Below are positions 18,701 through 27,786 of a DNA stretch of 39,797 bases, one piece after another. Numbering within the stretch: the stretch's first letter is position 1; every line of letters starts with the position of its first letter. The stretch lies in NCBI GenBank assembly GCA_913063365.1, contig CAJXYC010000001.1, positions 1 to 39,797 on the forward strand, in the 5' to 3' direction. The notes beneath the pieces were generated by a model that ran no database searches, had not been told where the DNA came from, and saw only the letters and a program-made list of their open reading frames with translations. The translations under genes were made by a program, and so were the position numbers. This DNA comes from an uncultured Cellulomonadaceae bacterium. Its GTDB lineage: Bacteria > Actinomycetota > Actinomycetes > Actinomycetales > Microbacteriaceae.

Positions 18701-19185
18701 CCCACACTGCGCAACCGGAGTTCCTGGAGGGCACTCATCAGAGTGTGGAGACGCCGCTTTTTGAGCAGATGACGGAGTGGGAGGTGATGCACTCTGATCG
18801 AATTGCCACCGCCATTTCGCCCGGTGACCATCCCCTTGCCCATCTGCGTCAATGGTTGACAGAGCAGGGTGTGTCATCCAGTCAGGATCTCCGTGTCCAC
18901 GATCTGGACAGGAGAGTGTGGCTCGCTGGTCTGGTCACCCACCGACAACGACCGTCCACTGCGCAGGGCGTGACATTTCTCAACCTCGAAGATGAATTTG
19001 GACTTGTCAACGTGGTCTGCAGCAAAGGCCTCTGGCGTCGCTATCGTCTCCTGCTGCGCCATTCTGCTGCTCTGATTGTCCGCGGAACACTGCAGCGAAG
19101 CGACGAAGGCGTGATGTCACTGGTGGCTGACGGAGCGAGCCAATTGGCGGTGAACGTCCCCGTGACCGCGAGGAACTTCCAGTAG
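15763..19185 (+). CDS. dnaE2: Error-prone DNA polymerase DnaE2 (ImuC)
   Basis: PHP motifs ELHVHSSFSFLDG and ITDHDG; GRGSAANS; catalytic EPDIDVDF; KFDLLGLG; OB fold RQRPSTAQGVTFLNLEDE; terminal ARNFQ resembling the DnaE2 SRDF tail. Confidence 0.97.
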   Translation: MAWNNPPIPWSELEKQLTEATRPGSTPPVGAGPGDSPAWSNYRAPYQPPAPQPPPDEERVDYAELHVHSSFSFLDGVSSPEALVAEASRLRLSALAITDHDGLYGIVRFAEAAQAHQMPTVFGAELSLAPRIQRTDVADPPGPHLLVLAKSPEGYHRLAKALTDSHLASGEKGEAAYDLDELAERAGDEWMILTGCRKGMVRQSLQGPSVPSAGQVDQARQQLGHLVDRFGPDSVAVELFDFHHPLDSTHNDILQTLALERGLPTLATGVVHYATAAEHKLAQAMAAVRSRRSLDQIRGHLPAAPSAFLRSGAAQLARFERFPGAVPTAARLGRELSFSLKKVAPDLPLSMVPEGHTSDSYLRWLVSEAIPRRYPDADQAVYDRIERELALIEKKGFAGYFLIVHDIVQWARARSILCQGRGSAANSAVCYLLDITAVDSIHYDLPFERFLSALRDEEPDIDVDFDAHRREEVIQYVYSRYGRHNAALVATVIEYRAKNAVRDMSRALGYSPGQQDAFAKQVERRGALSESDAESLPDAVVELATQTLTLPRHLGIHPGGMVLTDRPIGEVVPIEHARMENRTVLQWDKDDCEWMGLVKFDLLGLGILEAIQHTLTLASDELGEQWELATIPRDEPGVYDMLCRADSIGVFQVESRAQMALLPRLQPRRFYDLAIQIAMIRPGPIQGGAVHPFVRRKAGQEPVTYLHPKLEAPLKRTLGIPVFQEQIMQMAMAIGGCTGEDADVLRRAMGSKRGLERIESVRQTLYEGMAENGLVGEDADRIYRTIQAFAGFGFAESHSLSFALLVYASSWLKLHYPACYLTGMLRAWPMGFYSPATLVSDAERHGVEVRRPCIQRSAAEASLEPLDENTPTPTGMDQCLQFTHEPPGEFDPTAPDRSAEHRRDGELAVRQGLAGIKDIGADTAEAICQERQRGGYFRDIYDLSRRVGLRDTHLEALSTAGALDDLGLSRREALWLSGSAHTAQPEFLEGTHQSVETPLFEQMTEWEVMHSDRIATAISPGDHPLAHLRQWLTEQGVSSSQDLRVHDLDRRVWLAGLVTHRQRPSTAQGVTFLNLEDEFGLVNVVCSKGLWRRYRLLLRHSAALIVRGTLQRSDEGVMSLVADGASQLAVNVPVTARNFQ

Positions 19186-19264
19186 TTCACGGCTCGCCGA
19201 AACATGTTCGTAAGAAACCACACCTAGGCTGACACAGTCCGAACACACGATCAGGAGGGCTCAG

Positions 19265-20131
19265 ATGTCACTTCTTGCTCCCCTGTCGCGTGTCGTTCCT
19301 CCCACCGGACACACTCCTGAGCACGCGGCAAACGTCCTCGAGGGTCGCCGATTTGCGGTCCTGACGGGTGCGGGAATCAGCACAGACTCGGGTATTCCTG
19401 ATTATCGCGGCGAGGGTGCGCCAAAAAATCACCCCATGAGTTTTCACGAATTCACCGGATCCCTGGAACGGCGTCGCCGCTACTGGATGGGGGCACACGT
19501 CGGGTGGTCGCGTTTTCACCGCGCCTCACCCAATGACGGACACCACGCGATTGCGGGATTTGAAGCAGACGGCTGGGCAACCGGCGTTATCACCCAAAAC
19601 GTCGACGGCCTGCACCACGACGCCGGGTCGAAGCGAGTCATTGACCTCCACGGGCGTCTCGATCGGGTGCGCTGTCTGGATTGCGGACAATCGTTCACCC
19701 GTGCGGCTGTCGAGCAGCAGATGGCGGAGCAGAACCCGGGGTTTCTGGAGTCAGTAAACCCCGACGACATCCGCCCGGACGGTGACGTCGAGATTGATCC
19801 GGCTACGCCCTTCCAGATTCCGCAGTGCGATGTGTGTCAGGGGACGCTAAAGCCAGAGGTCGTGTTTTTTGGGGAATTTGTTCCCCCCTCCGTGTTTACC
19901 CACGCCAAAGCGCTGTTGGATCAGTCCGATGCGCTGGTGATTGCCGGATCCTCCCTCGTAGTGAATACGGGAATGCGCTTTGTGACTCACGCTCAGAAGC
20001 GAAAGATGCCGATTGTGGTGATTAACCGTGGTCCTACCAAGGCAGATTCGGTGGCCACTGTCAGAATTGAAGGCGGAACATCAGAGACGCTCTCTGCGCT
20101 GTCTCACCTTGTTCGGGCCTCCGTCGCTTAA
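19265..20131 (+). CDS. cobB: NAD-dependent protein deacylase, Sir2 family (SIRT4-like class)
   Basis: GAGISTDSGIPDYRG, ITQNVDGLH, HG, two CxxC zinc pairs, KPEVVFFGE, GSSL, INRG. AGGAGG RBS at 19253-19258. Confidence 0.92.
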   Translation: MSLLAPLSRVVPPTGHTPEHAANVLEGRRFAVLTGAGISTDSGIPDYRGEGAPKNHPMSFHEFTGSLERRRRYWMGAHVGWSRFHRASPNDGHHAIAGFEADGWATGVITQNVDGLHHDAGSKRVIDLHGRLDRVRCLDCGQSFTRAAVEQQMAEQNPGFLESVNPDDIRPDGDVEIDPATPFQIPQCDVCQGTLKPEVVFFGEFVPPSVFTHAKALLDQSDALVIAGSSLVVNTGMRFVTHAQKRKMPIVVINRGPTKADSVATVRIEGGTSETLSALSHLVRASVA

Positions 20132-20153
20132 CCCGCTGGTTCTGGAGTAAGAC

Positions 20154-20786
20154 ATGACGCGATTTTTTTTGGTGCGCCACGGCGAAACCGAATGGAACAG
20201 AATCCACCGGATTCAAGGATCGAGCGATATTCCGTTAAACGACACCGGGCGCACCCAGGCAAGAAAAGCAGGTGCGGTCCTGTCCCGGCACTCCTTTGAT
20301 TTGATTGTGGCAAGCCCACTGAGCAGGGCTATGGAGACCGCGACAATCATCGCCAGACGCCTCCGAATGCCATTGCCTCTTCCCGTGGAGGGAATTGTGG
20401 AGCGTCACTACGGCGAGGCCGAGGGCGCCACGCGAGAAGACCTCGACGCTCGCTTTCCGGGTGACACCCCGGTGCCTGGCCGCGAAGAGCGTGAAGCCGT
20501 GCAAAAGCGAGTGTTGCGAGCCCTAAGCGACATGTCGATTAGGCATCCCGATGCCGACATCATTGCGGTGACCCACGGCGGAGTGATTCGTAGCGTCGTG
20601 GAATACGCAGCTCCCGGACGCTACAACGAGCCGATTCGAAACTGCTCCATTCACTCGTTCCAGCACACCCCTCAAGGAATTGAGTTGGTCGAGTTTGATG
20701 ACCCCATGGAGACGATTGCCCGCACGCTCGGGACCGAAGATTTCAGCGAACAAAACCCCGACGAAGCCAGAAGCCCGGTGTCCTGA
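20154..20786 (+). CDS. Histidine phosphatase (phosphoglycerate mutase-like) family protein
   Basis: VRHGETEWN, SPLSRAMETA, VTHGGVIR. Confidence 0.92.
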   Translation: MTRFFLVRHGETEWNRIHRIQGSSDIPLNDTGRTQARKAGAVLSRHSFDLIVASPLSRAMETATIIARRLRMPLPLPVEGIVERHYGEAEGATREDLDARFPGDTPVPGREEREAVQKRVLRALSDMSIRHPDADIIAVTHGGVIRSVVEYAAPGRYNEPIRNCSIHSFQHTPQGIELVEFDDPMETIARTLGTEDFSEQNPDEARSPVS

Positions 20787-21238
20787 TGGCCTCTGGTGTT
20801 GAGCGTTTCCGTGAGGCAACAGCTCACTTGGACCTTCAGATTCAGCAGGTTCCGCAGTCGACCCACACGGCCCAGGAAGCGGCAGACGCTGTTGGCGCAC
20901 CACTCGCCGCCATCGTGAAGTCCCTTGTATTTATCGCAGACACAGCAGTCCTGGTACTCGTGTCGGGGGCAAACATGGCGGACATGTCGACACTCGAGAC
21001 CTTTCTCGGCAGCTCCTGCCGAAAAGCAACGGCAGATGAGGTGAAAAACGCGACCGGCTGGTCCATTGGCGGCGTCCCGCCCTTCGGCCACCCCACTCCC
21101 CTCCGGACCGTGATGGACGAGGATTTCTTTGCTCTGGAGACGCTGTGGGCAGCGGCAGGGTCTGCCGACGCGGTCTTCCCGATAAGCCCCAATCGCCTCA
21201 GCGAACTGGCTTCCGCCGACATTGCGCGAGTCAGCTGA
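20786..21238 (+). CDS. YbaK/EbsC family aminoacyl-tRNA deacylase
   Basis: THTAQEAA, IVKSLVF, TGWSIGGVPPFGH, WAAAG. Confidence 0.9.
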   Translation: MASGVERFREATAHLDLQIQQVPQSTHTAQEAADAVGAPLAAIVKSLVFIADTAVLVLVSGANMADMSTLETFLGSSCRKATADEVKNATGWSIGGVPPFGHPTPLRTVMDEDFFALETLWAAAGSADAVFPISPNRLSELASADIARVS

Positions 21239-21286
21239 GGTTTTAGACTCGTCCTACCCACAACCGCACAGAAAGACTGGTGTGCC

Positions 21287-22987
21287 GTGAGCTTTACGGT
21301 CCCCATGGGGCAACCCGGTTTACAGCACGACCCCCAGTGGTATCGCCGGGCGATCTTCTATGAAGTCATGGTCCGCAGTTTTGCCGACTCTGACGGCGAC
21401 GGCGTGGGTGATTTTCAAGGCCTCATCTCCAAGCTTGATTACCTCGAATGGTTGGGTGTGGACGCTCTCTGGCTGCCCCCGTTCTACGCCTCTCCCCTGC
21501 TCGACGGCGGCTACGACGTTCAGGATTACCGCTCTGTCCTCCCGGAATATGGCACGTTGGATGACTTCCGTGAACTGGTGACCCAGGCACACCAACGGAA
21601 TATGCGAATCGTGATTGATCTGGTGGTGAACCACACCTCGGATCAGCACGAATGGTTTGAAAAGTCCCGGACAGACCCCCACGGCCCCTACGGCGACTAC
21701 TACGTCTGGTCCGACACCGATGATCTCTGGACTGACATTCGAATCATCTTTAACGACACTGAAGACTCAAACTGGGCATTTGATGCCGAGCGACGACAGT
21801 TCTACTTCCACCGTTTTTTCTCCCACCAACCCGATTTGAACTACGGGAATCCAGCTGTTCACGACGAAATCTTCGACGTCGCCAGATTTTGGCTGGATTT
21901 GGGTGTCGACGGGTTCCGGCTCGACGCCGTGCCCTATCTCTACGAGTCAGACGAAGGTCTTGGCGAGTCAGAGCCTGAAACTCACGATTTCATTGCTTCC
22001 TTGAGGGCAATGATCGATAAGGAGTATCCGGGCAAGGTGCTCATCGCCGAGGCTAATCAGCAACCACAGGAAGTGGCCGAGTATTTCGGCTCAGAAGAAG
22101 CCCCTGAGTGCCACATGGCCTTCCACTTCCCGGTGATGCCAAGGCTGTTCTACGCGCTTCGCAGCCAGCTCGTGGCGCCGCTCATCGAAACCCTGAACGA
22201 GACCAAAGACGTTCCCGGTGCGGCGAGTTGGGCCGTGTTCTTGCGTAACCACGACGAACTCACCCTGGAAATGGTGACCGACGAGGAACGACAAGCGCTC
22301 TATGGCTGGTACGCCTACGACCCCAGGATGCGCATTAATGATGGAATCCGTCGCCGTCTCGCGACCCTCCTCGATAACTCTCGCCATGAAATGGAACTGG
22401 CTTACGCGCTGTTGATGGCCCTTCCGGGGTCACCCTTTCTCTACTACGGGGATGAAATCGGCATGGGCGACAACATTTGGCTCCAGGACCGAGACGCCTC
22501 TAGAACCCCCATGCAGTGGACACCAGACCGAAACGCTGGGTTCTCGACTGCCGACCCCGGAAAACTGTACTTACCGGTCATTCAATCGCTTGGCTACCAC
22601 TACAGCTCGATCAACGTCGAAACCGCTCTTGCCCAGTCGAGATCGTTTCTGCATTTTGTGCGGCAGCTGTTGCATGTGCGCAGATCCCACCCAGTCTTGG
22701 GTGTCGGAGGCTATGACACCTGCCTTACCGATAACCAGTCGGTATTGGCCTTCGTGCGGACCCTCGGGGCTGATCAGTGCCGCCCAGGTGAAACACCGGA
22801 AACAGTGCTGTGTGTCTTCAGCTTCGCCCACCACCCCACCACGGTGACAGTGTCGATCCCAGAGAGTGTTCGTGGAAAACACTTGCGCGACATTTTTGGT
22901 GGTTCGGTGTTCCCGGATATCTCTGGGAAGAACACGGTGACGCTGACGTTAGGAACCCAGGGCTTTTACTGGCTCGCCGTGGAGTAA
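21287..22987 (+). CDS. treS: Trehalose synthase (maltose alpha-D-glucosyltransferase), GH13
   Basis: WYRRAIFYE, NHTSDQH, HRFFSHQPDLN, GFRLDAVPYL, AEANQ, FLRNHDELTLEMVT, GIRRRLA, RTPMQW. Confidence 0.95.
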   Translation: MSFTVPMGQPGLQHDPQWYRRAIFYEVMVRSFADSDGDGVGDFQGLISKLDYLEWLGVDALWLPPFYASPLLDGGYDVQDYRSVLPEYGTLDDFRELVTQAHQRNMRIVIDLVVNHTSDQHEWFEKSRTDPHGPYGDYYVWSDTDDLWTDIRIIFNDTEDSNWAFDAERRQFYFHRFFSHQPDLNYGNPAVHDEIFDVARFWLDLGVDGFRLDAVPYLYESDEGLGESEPETHDFIASLRAMIDKEYPGKVLIAEANQQPQEVAEYFGSEEAPECHMAFHFPVMPRLFYALRSQLVAPLIETLNETKDVPGAASWAVFLRNHDELTLEMVTDEERQALYGWYAYDPRMRINDGIRRRLATLLDNSRHEMELAYALLMALPGSPFLYYGDEIGMGDNIWLQDRDASRTPMQWTPDRNAGFSTADPGKLYLPVIQSLGYHYSSINVETALAQSRSFLHFVRQLLHVRRSHPVLGVGGYDTCLTDNQSVLAFVRTLGADQCRPGETPETVLCVFSFAHHPTTVTVSIPESVRGKHLRDIFGGSVFPDISGKNTVTLTLGTQGFYWLAVE

Positions 22988-23025
22988 TCCCACAGGCCAC
23001 TCTCGAGGCTGGTTAGTCTTGGGCG

Positions 23026-23718
23026 ATGGCGCACTGGTCTGACACACTCGCGGTGTTTGACACCGAGACCACGGGCCTCTCCACCAGAGACGACCGCATC
23101 GTCACCGCCTTTATCGGTGTCATCGACTCCACCGGTGCAGTGACAGAGTCCCATCAGTGGCTTGCTGACCCGGGGATAGTGATTCCTCCCCGAGCTACTC
23201 AAGTTCACGGTGTGTCTACTCAGATGGCGCAGGAGCAGGGGCGACCGGCCAGGGAGGTCGTGGGTGAAGTAGTCGATGCTCTAGCCGACGTGTTGTCCAG
23301 AGGACTTCCTCTCGTCGCGTTTAACGCGAGCTACGACCTGTCGTTAACCCACCGGGAGGCAGAGCGTCACGGGCATACCCCCTTGGATAATCCCCGCCCG
23401 ATTGTGGACCCCCTAGTGATTGACCGCGCCCTCGATCCCTATCGGCGAGGCAAACGGACTCTTGACATGGTGAGCCTCCACTACGGCATCACCAATCCGG
23501 CCGCGCATAACGCCGAAGGAGATGCGGTGACCGCCGGTCTCGTCGCACGGGCTATCGCTGGGGCATTTCCCGCGGAGACCGAGGACCTGCAAAAACTCCA
23601 CGACAACCAGGTCGACTGGGCGTTTAAGTGGGCAGAGAGCTTTCGGCGGTTCTTGGAATCGAAGGGGCGTCCCGCGACCGGTGTCAGCGGCGCCTGGCCG
23701 CTGGATGAGGGTCTCTAG
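23026..23718 (+). CDS. DEDDh 3'-5' exonuclease (DNA polymerase III epsilon-like)
   Basis: ExoI FDTETTG, Exo[10 protein letters not shown], ExoIII AHNAEGD. Confidence 0.9.
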   Translation: MAHWSDTLAVFDTETTGLSTRDDRIVTAFIGVIDSTGAVTESHQWLADPGIVIPPRATQVHGVSTQMAQEQGRPAREVVGEVVDALADVLSRGLPLVAFNASYDLSLTHREAERHGHTPLDNPRPIVDPLVIDRALDPYRRGKRTLDMVSLHYGITNPAAHNAEGDAVTAGLVARAIAGAFPAETEDLQKLHDNQVDWAFKWAESFRRFLESKGRPATGVSGAWPLDEGL

Positions 23719-23966
23719 CCGCCGAAGTTCTTGAAGCGCTTGTTGAACTTCTCAACACGTCCAGCCGAGTCAAGAATGCGCTGCTTACCGGTGTAGAACG
23801 GGTGCGAGGCACTGGAGATTTCCACGTCAATCACTGGGTAGGTGTTGCCGTCTTCCCACTCGACAGTGGACTCGCTCGTGGCCGTCGAGCGAGTCAAGAA
23901 AGACTCACCGGACGTGAGGTCGCGAAACACCACCGGGTGGTAGTCGGGGTGAATATCAGCTTTCAT
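23715..23966 (-). CDS. rpmE2: 50S ribosomal protein L31 type B (Cys-free)
   Basis: [16 protein letters not shown]...[22 protein letters not shown] with no cysteines; GAGGA RBS upstream of ATG 23966. Confidence 0.96.
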   Translation of the reverse strand: MKADIHPDYHPVVFRDLTSGESFLTRSTATSESTVEWEDGNTYPVIDVEISSASHPFYTGKQRILDSAGRVEKFNKRFKNFGG

Positions 23967-24018
23967 CGCAATTTCCTCACTCTGTGATGCGCGGACCAAC
24001 CGCTAAGACTACCAGGCT

Positions 24019-24804
24019 TTAGGAGGCTAAGCGAGCCTGAAAGCGCCCGTCTTGGCGGGTCACCGTGAGCGGGGTGTCAAAGACACTGGTGAGGTGCTCG
24101 CTGGTGATCCATTCGTCCAAAGGGCCCTGACCATAGACGTGACCCTCATGGAGCAGAAGAACGTGAGTAAAGGACGGTGGAATCTCCTCGACGTGGTGTG
24201 TCACCATCACCATCGCCGGCGCGCCTTCCCAGGCGGCGAACTGATCGAGAAGCGCAATAACTCCTTCCCGTCCCCCTAAATCGAGACTTCCGGCGGGTTC
24301 GTCGAGCAAGAGAAGTTCGGGGTCGGTCATCACCGACCGGGCAATCTGCACGCGCTTTAGCTCACCGTCGGACAGGGTGCCGACCGTGCGATCGGCGAGT
24401 TCACCGAGATTCCACTCTCCGAGGACCCGTTCTGCCCGCCTGATATCAATATCGTCGTATTCCTCACGCCACCGGCCAGTCACCGCCTGGGCAGCAGTGA
24501 GGACCGCATCTCGGACCGTCTCTGAGCGGGGCAGGCGCTTGGCCATGGCGCTAGACGCAAAGCCCACTCGGGGGCGAAGCTCGAAGACGTCTGTTTTCCC
24601 CACCTGTTCATCGAGCACCATCAACTCCCCGGTGGTGGGGTGCATGAGAGAGGCCAACAAGGTCAAGAGCGTGGTTTTTCCCGCACCATTTGGCCCGAGG
24701 ATGACCCACCGGTCCTGAGAATCAATAGTCCAGTTGATGTCGCTCAAGAGTTCGCGGCCGTTTCTGGTGACACCAACCGACTGCAAAGAGGCAACTGTGG
24801 ACAT
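24019..24804 (-). CDS. Orphan ABC ATP-binding protein (ModF-like)
   Basis: Walker A GPNGAGKT, signature LSDGE, Walker B LLLLDEP, VTHHVEEI. No adjacent permease. Confidence 0.88.
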   Translation of the reverse strand: MSTVASLQSVGVTRNGRELLSDINWTIDSQDRWVILGPNGAGKTTLLTLLASLMHPTTGELMVLDEQVGKTDVFELRPRVGFASSAMAKRLPRSETVRDAVLTAAQAVTGRWREEYDDIDIRRAERVLGEWNLGELADRTVGTLSDGELKRVQIARSVMTDPELLLLDEPAGSLDLGGREGVIALLDQFAAWEGAPAMVMVTHHVEEIPPSFTHVLLLHEGHVYGQGPLDEWITSEHLTSVFDTPLTVTRQDGRFQARLAS

Positions 24805-24866
24805 TGCTCTCAGCCTACTGCCCTGTAGTTGCCCGGTTTGATAGCTCCATCGCCTACCCTGGGGGT

Positions 24867-26105
24867 ATGGCAGGCCCGAAGATATTCGGCATTGTTCTCG
24901 CCGGTGGCGAGGGGAAACGGCTGATGCCGCTCACCAAAGATCGGGCGAAGCCTGCTGTTCCCTTTGCCGGGCAATACCGCCTGGTCGACTTCGCCATTTC
25001 CAACCTGATTAACTCGGGTCTTCGCCAGATTGTGTGTTTGACCCAGTACAAATCTCATTCCCTCGACCGACACGTTTCTCAAACCTGGCGACTATCGGGC
25101 ATGTTGAACGCCTATGTAGCCTCTGCTCCTGCCCAGCAGAGGCTCGGCAAGAGATGGTTTGCAGGTTCTGCTGACGCGATCTATCAGAGTTTGAATCTCA
25201 TTCGAGATGAGAGCCCCGACATCGTCGTGGTGGTTGGCGCCGACCACGTGTATCGGATGGACTTCGACCAGATGATTGAGCAGCACCGTGCGTCGGGTGC
25301 GTCCGCGACGGTTGCGGCGATTAGGCAGCCCAAAGAACTTGCCAATCAGTTCGGTGTGATTGACCTGGATCCGAAAACTCCTGGCAAAGTCCGAGAGTTC
25401 TTGGAGAAGCCCGCCACAGCAGAGGGTCTCGCCGAGTCGCCGGATGAAGTGCTGGTGTCAATGGGGAACTACGTCTTCGACGCCGGCGCCCTCATGCAGG
25501 CAGTCATCGACGACGCTGAGCTTGATGAGTCCGACCATGACATGGGTGGCGACATCATCCCGGCCTTCGTGGAGCGAGGTGAGGCCTTTGCCTACGACAT
25601 GACGGACAACTCTGTCCCCGGAGCGACGCCCGCTGACCATCTCTATTGGCGCGATGTGGGGACGTTGGATTCTTTCTACGACGCCCATATGGACTTAATT
25701 CGCCACGAGCCACCCTTCAACCTCTACAACAACGACTGGCCGATCTATACCCAACAGTGGAACACTCCCCCGGCAAAATTCACCGCAGGGTCCGGAGGGC
25801 AGGTGGGTGATGTCAGTGAATCGCTCGTTGCCCTCGGCAGTCTGGTTCAGGGCGGAAATGTGAAGGGAAGCGTGCTTGGTCAGTGGACGTCTATCGAGGC
25901 AGATGCCACCGTGACCGATTCGGTGTTGTTTGAGCACGTCGAGGTAGGAGCCGGAGCAACGGTGCACCGAGCAATTCTTGATAAGTGGGTCACCGTGGTT
26001 CCTGGTGCCACTGTCGGTATTGATCGCCAGCAAGACCTCTCTAGGGGCTTTACCGTGACGGAATCAGGCATCACGGTCGTCGCCAAGGGGCTGGTCGTCG
26101 CGTGA
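24867..26105 (+). CDS. glgC: Glucose-1-phosphate adenylyltransferase
   Basis: [59 protein letters not shown] 24867 lies 6 nt after TACCCT. Confidence 0.96.
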   Translation: MAGPKIFGIVLAGGEGKRLMPLTKDRAKPAVPFAGQYRLVDFAISNLINSGLRQIVCLTQYKSHSLDRHVSQTWRLSGMLNAYVASAPAQQRLGKRWFAGSADAIYQSLNLIRDESPDIVVVVGADHVYRMDFDQMIEQHRASGASATVAAIRQPKELANQFGVIDLDPKTPGKVREFLEKPATAEGLAESPDEVLVSMGNYVFDAGALMQAVIDDAELDESDHDMGGDIIPAFVERGEAFAYDMTDNSVPGATPADHLYWRDVGTLDSFYDAHMDLIRHEPPFNLYNNDWPIYTQQWNTPPAKFTAGSGGQVGDVSESLVALGSLVQGGNVKGSVLGQWTSIEADATVTDSVLFEHVEVGAGATVHRAILDKWVTVVPGATVGIDRQQDLSRGFTVTESGITVVAKGLVVA

Positions 26106-26758
26106 GCACTGACCACCGGTTTTTGGTGGTCTTAGACGTTGATTCCACTCTGATCAACGAAGAAGGCCTCGATGAGATTGCCCGGGCGGTTGACCAGGAG
26201 ACGGGTGCCCGCATTGCCTCGGTGACAGAACGGGCGATGCGGGGGGAAATCGACTTTGTGCAAAGCCTCACAGAGCGGGTGGCACTGCTTGCGGGTGTGA
26301 GCCAGGACGTCCTCGCCGAGGCCGCCAGCTCGCTCAGCATCACCCCTGGCGCACACGAACTGGTCTCGGCTGTGCAGGAAGCGGGCGGCAAGGTCTGCGC
26401 AGTGTCAGGAGGGTTTCACGAGCTGGTAGACCCCCTGGCGAGAGAAGTGGGCCTCGACGATTGGCGAGCGAACCGTTTCGTGATCGAGTCCGGACGGCTT
26501 ACGGGCGGTATTGATGGGGCGATTGTTGATGGTGCTGCCAAGAAGGATGCTCTTGCACAGTGGGCTTCACAGTGGGGTTTTCAGACTCCGCATACCGTCG
26601 CAATCGGCGACGGCGCCAACGACATTCCAATGCTGCAAAGCGCGGGAGTGTCGGTTGGGTTTTGCGCAAAGCGCGCTGTTCAGGCGGTGGTCGACCACAC
26701 GATTACCGAGAGGGACCTCTCCCAGGTCCTCACCCTGTTGGGTATGACGCGGGGTTAG
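26102..26758 (+). CDS. serB: Phosphoserine phosphatase
   Basis: DVDSTLI, TERAMRGEIDF, VSGGF, GDGAND. Confidence 0.93.
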   Translation: MSTDHRFLVVLDVDSTLINEEGLDEIARAVDQETGARIASVTERAMRGEIDFVQSLTERVALLAGVSQDVLAEAASSLSITPGAHELVSAVQEAGGKVCAVSGGFHELVDPLAREVGLDDWRANRFVIESGRLTGGIDGAIVDGAAKKDALAQWASQWGFQTPHTVAIGDGANDIPMLQSAGVSVGFCAKRAVQAVVDHTITERDLSQVLTLLGMTRG

Positions 26759-27465
26759 TGGCCCATTCCTAAACCGCCGTCGACGGGAACCACCGCACCA
26801 GAAATGTAGGCAGCCTCGTCGGAGGCTAGCCAGCGAACAACCCGAGCCACTTCTTCGGGCTCGGCAAAACGTCCTGCCGGAATTGCCTCCTTGTAGCGCT
26901 CCTGCTGTTCTTCGGGAAGAGCAGCGGTCATGTCGGTATTGATAAACCCTGGAGCCACCACATTGGTGGTGATTCCTCTGCCAGCTAGTTCACGGGTCAG
27001 GGACCGGGCAAATCCCACAAGCCCAGCCTTCGCCGCGGAGTAGTTGGTTTGCCCCGCTGAACCGTAGAGCCCCACCACGCTGGAGATCAGAATGACTCGA
27101 CCAAATCGCGCCTTCACCATGCCCTTAATCGCACGCTTGACCACCCGGAAGACTCCGGTGAGATTGGTGTTGATGACCTCTTCAAAATCGTCGTCGCTCA
27201 TGCGCATCAACAACGTGTCACGGGTGATACCGGCGTTTGCCACGAGGATTTCCACTGGCCCCAGTTCCGCCTCCACCTGCGCCAATGCAGCGTCAAGGCT
27301 GTCGCTGTCGGTGACATCAGCAGTGACCGTCAGGCTTCCGTCCGGGCCGGAACCGCTCCGGGCGGTGACGGCGACTGAATAACCGGAGCGGATAAATTCC
27401 TCCGCGATGGCATAGCCGATGCCCCGATTGCCCCCGGTGATTAACACCACGCGTGATTCGGTCAT
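26755..27465 (-). CDS. fabG: 3-oxoacyl-ACP reductase (FabG1/MabA type)
   Basis: TGGNRGIG, NAGITRD, NYSAAKAG (YxxxK), VAPGFI.TDMT, VDGGLGMGH. Confidence 0.95.
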   Translation of the reverse strand: MTESRVVLITGGNRGIGYAIAEEFIRSGYSVAVTARSGSGPDGSLTVTADVTDSDSLDAALAQVEAELGPVEILVANAGITRDTLLMRMSDDDFEEVINTNLTGVFRVVKRAIKGMVKARFGRVILISSVVGLYGSAGQTNYSAAKAGLVGFARSLTRELAGRGITTNVVAPGFINTDMTAALPEEQQERYKEAIPAGRFAEPEEVARVVRWLASDEAAYISGAVVPVDGGLGMGH

Positions 27466-27510
27466 AGTCCTCAAGCATATGTGGAGCCAAGCGACCTACC
27501 ATGGAGGGCA

Positions 27511-27786
27511 ATGAGCACTGTGCACACCGTCACCTCTCTCCAGCAGTCGCCGGAGAGCGAACGTCGCGGCCGAATGGTCAAATATTCGGTGGCGATGGGC
27601 ATTCGCCTGGTTTGCATTGGCCTGTGTTTCGTGGCCCCCGGCTGGTGGTTGCTTCTTCCCGCGATCGGGGCCATTCTTCTGCCCTACCTGGCAGTGGTGG
27701 TAGCCAACCAGGTGACAAAGAGTGAGAGTGATCTCGAGGTGTACCGCCCGGGCCAGGTCGTCCCCTACTCTCCCCCGCAGTCCTAG
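27511..27786 (+). CDS. DUF3099-like small membrane protein
   Basis: R...Y...MGIRLVC followed by two TM segments and LPYLAVVVAN. Divergent from fabG and upstream of SURF1. Confidence 0.8.
   Translation: MSTVHTVTSLQQSPESERRGRMVKYSVAMGIRLVCIGLCFVAPGWWLLLPAIGAILLPYLAVVVANQVTKSESDLEVYRPGQVVPYSPPQS

Noticed and set aside
13229-19264. Active integrative element or prophage at tRNA-Leu
   Set aside because: No integrase, transposase or phage genes, and no duplicate of the tRNA 3' end was seen.
19265-20131. Sir2 protein as a defence NADase (Thoeris/DSR type)
   Set aside because: It is a 288-aa stand-alone zinc-binding sirtuin with classical deacylase motifs and no partner TIR, HerA or pAgo gene.
24804-24866. 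N-terminal extension of glgC in the ORF track; similar extensions on sufB (32911), rpmE2 (23999), fabG (27474) and trmI (10657)
   Set aside because: Downstream ATGs coincide with family N-termini and with RBS, -10 or stop-start overlap signals.
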